A stretch of 43,541 nt of DNA from a virus (taxonomy: Duplodnaviria > Caudoviricetes). A program made the translations under genes and the position numbers. Below, piece by piece: positions 43,260-43,541 of the stretch (its first letter is position 1; each line of letters starts with the position of its first letter). The notes under the pieces were generated by a model that saw only the letters and a program-made list of their open reading frames with translations, ran no database searches and had not been told where the DNA came from. The stretch spans positions 1-43,541 of the IMG/VR virus record IMGVR_UViG_3300020016_000015, one strand, 5' to 3'.

Positions 43260-43541
43260 ATGGCAAAGGGCAGTAAGAAGGCGAAGAAGCCGACCAAGGC
43301 GGAGGCTGAGCAGATCGAGAAGGATCGGCTTGAGGCGCACGCGAGAGAAGGAATTAATGAAGCGCTCGAGGAAGTGGAGCGCAGTTACGAACCGGTGGTC
43401 GGCCCCAACGTTCAGGTGGGCGAGTTCGTCGACCAGCCCGACCAAGGCGAGCCCACTGAAAATGGTGAGCAGACGGAAGGCCAGCTCGCCGAGGGCGAAA
43501 AGGAGCCTGAAGAGAAGGAAATCGTCTCGGTGGTCGCGCCG
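43260..43541 (+). CDS. N-terminal acidic part of paralog A (runs off the window end)
   Basis: MAKGSKKAKK...EKEIVSVVAP, open for 94 codons to the last base. SVVA matches SVVAVAYKDRY of paralog B. Confidence 0.8.
   Translation, partial: MAKGSKKAKKPTKAEAEQIEKDRLEAHAREGINEALEEVERSYEPVVGPNVQVGEFVDQPDQGEPTENGEQTEGQLAEGEKEPEEKEIVSVVAP

Noticed and set aside
1-43541. Prophage or temperate lifestyle, tRNAs, CRISPR array
   Set aside because: No integrase, partition genes, host genes, tRNA cloverleaf or repeat-spacer array seen.
1-43541. Avoidance of GC-only restriction sites as a Z-genome signature
   Set aside because: GGCC, CCGG and GCGC are plentiful by eye. A subtle bias would need a k-mer computation I cannot run.

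Overview
The window is a near-complete, circularly permuted genome of a lytic, short-tailed (podovirus-type) tailed phage. The host is probably alphaproteobacterial, but that is only inference. The + strand (3288-25161) carries the packaging and virion module: TerS, TerL, portal, scaffold, major capsid, adaptor, two tail fibres, nozzle and ejection proteins. Two nucleotide-signal sponge-like genes (Acb2/Tad1-like and Tad2/DUF2829) and an ADP-ribosyltransferase-like gene are inserted in this module. The - strand (25158-43062 and 442-2894) carries the replication and early genes. These include a 2-aminoadenine (Z-genome) cluster: PurZ-like, MazZ-like, DatZ-like and a DpoZ-like family A polymerase, plus an SNF2 helicase and a primase-helicase. 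The strongest candidate for an undescribed system concerns transcription of Z-DNA. Twelve sigma70 promoters have a canonical TAnnnT -10 box. Three early promoters instead have T in place of the -11 adenine, and one of these is entirely A-free on its non-template strand. Two of the three drive copies of a four-member paralog family of unknown function (GxxGRxRMT motif). PurZ and the polymerase also show unusual active-site motifs. All family assignments come from motif recognition by eye; no database search was run.
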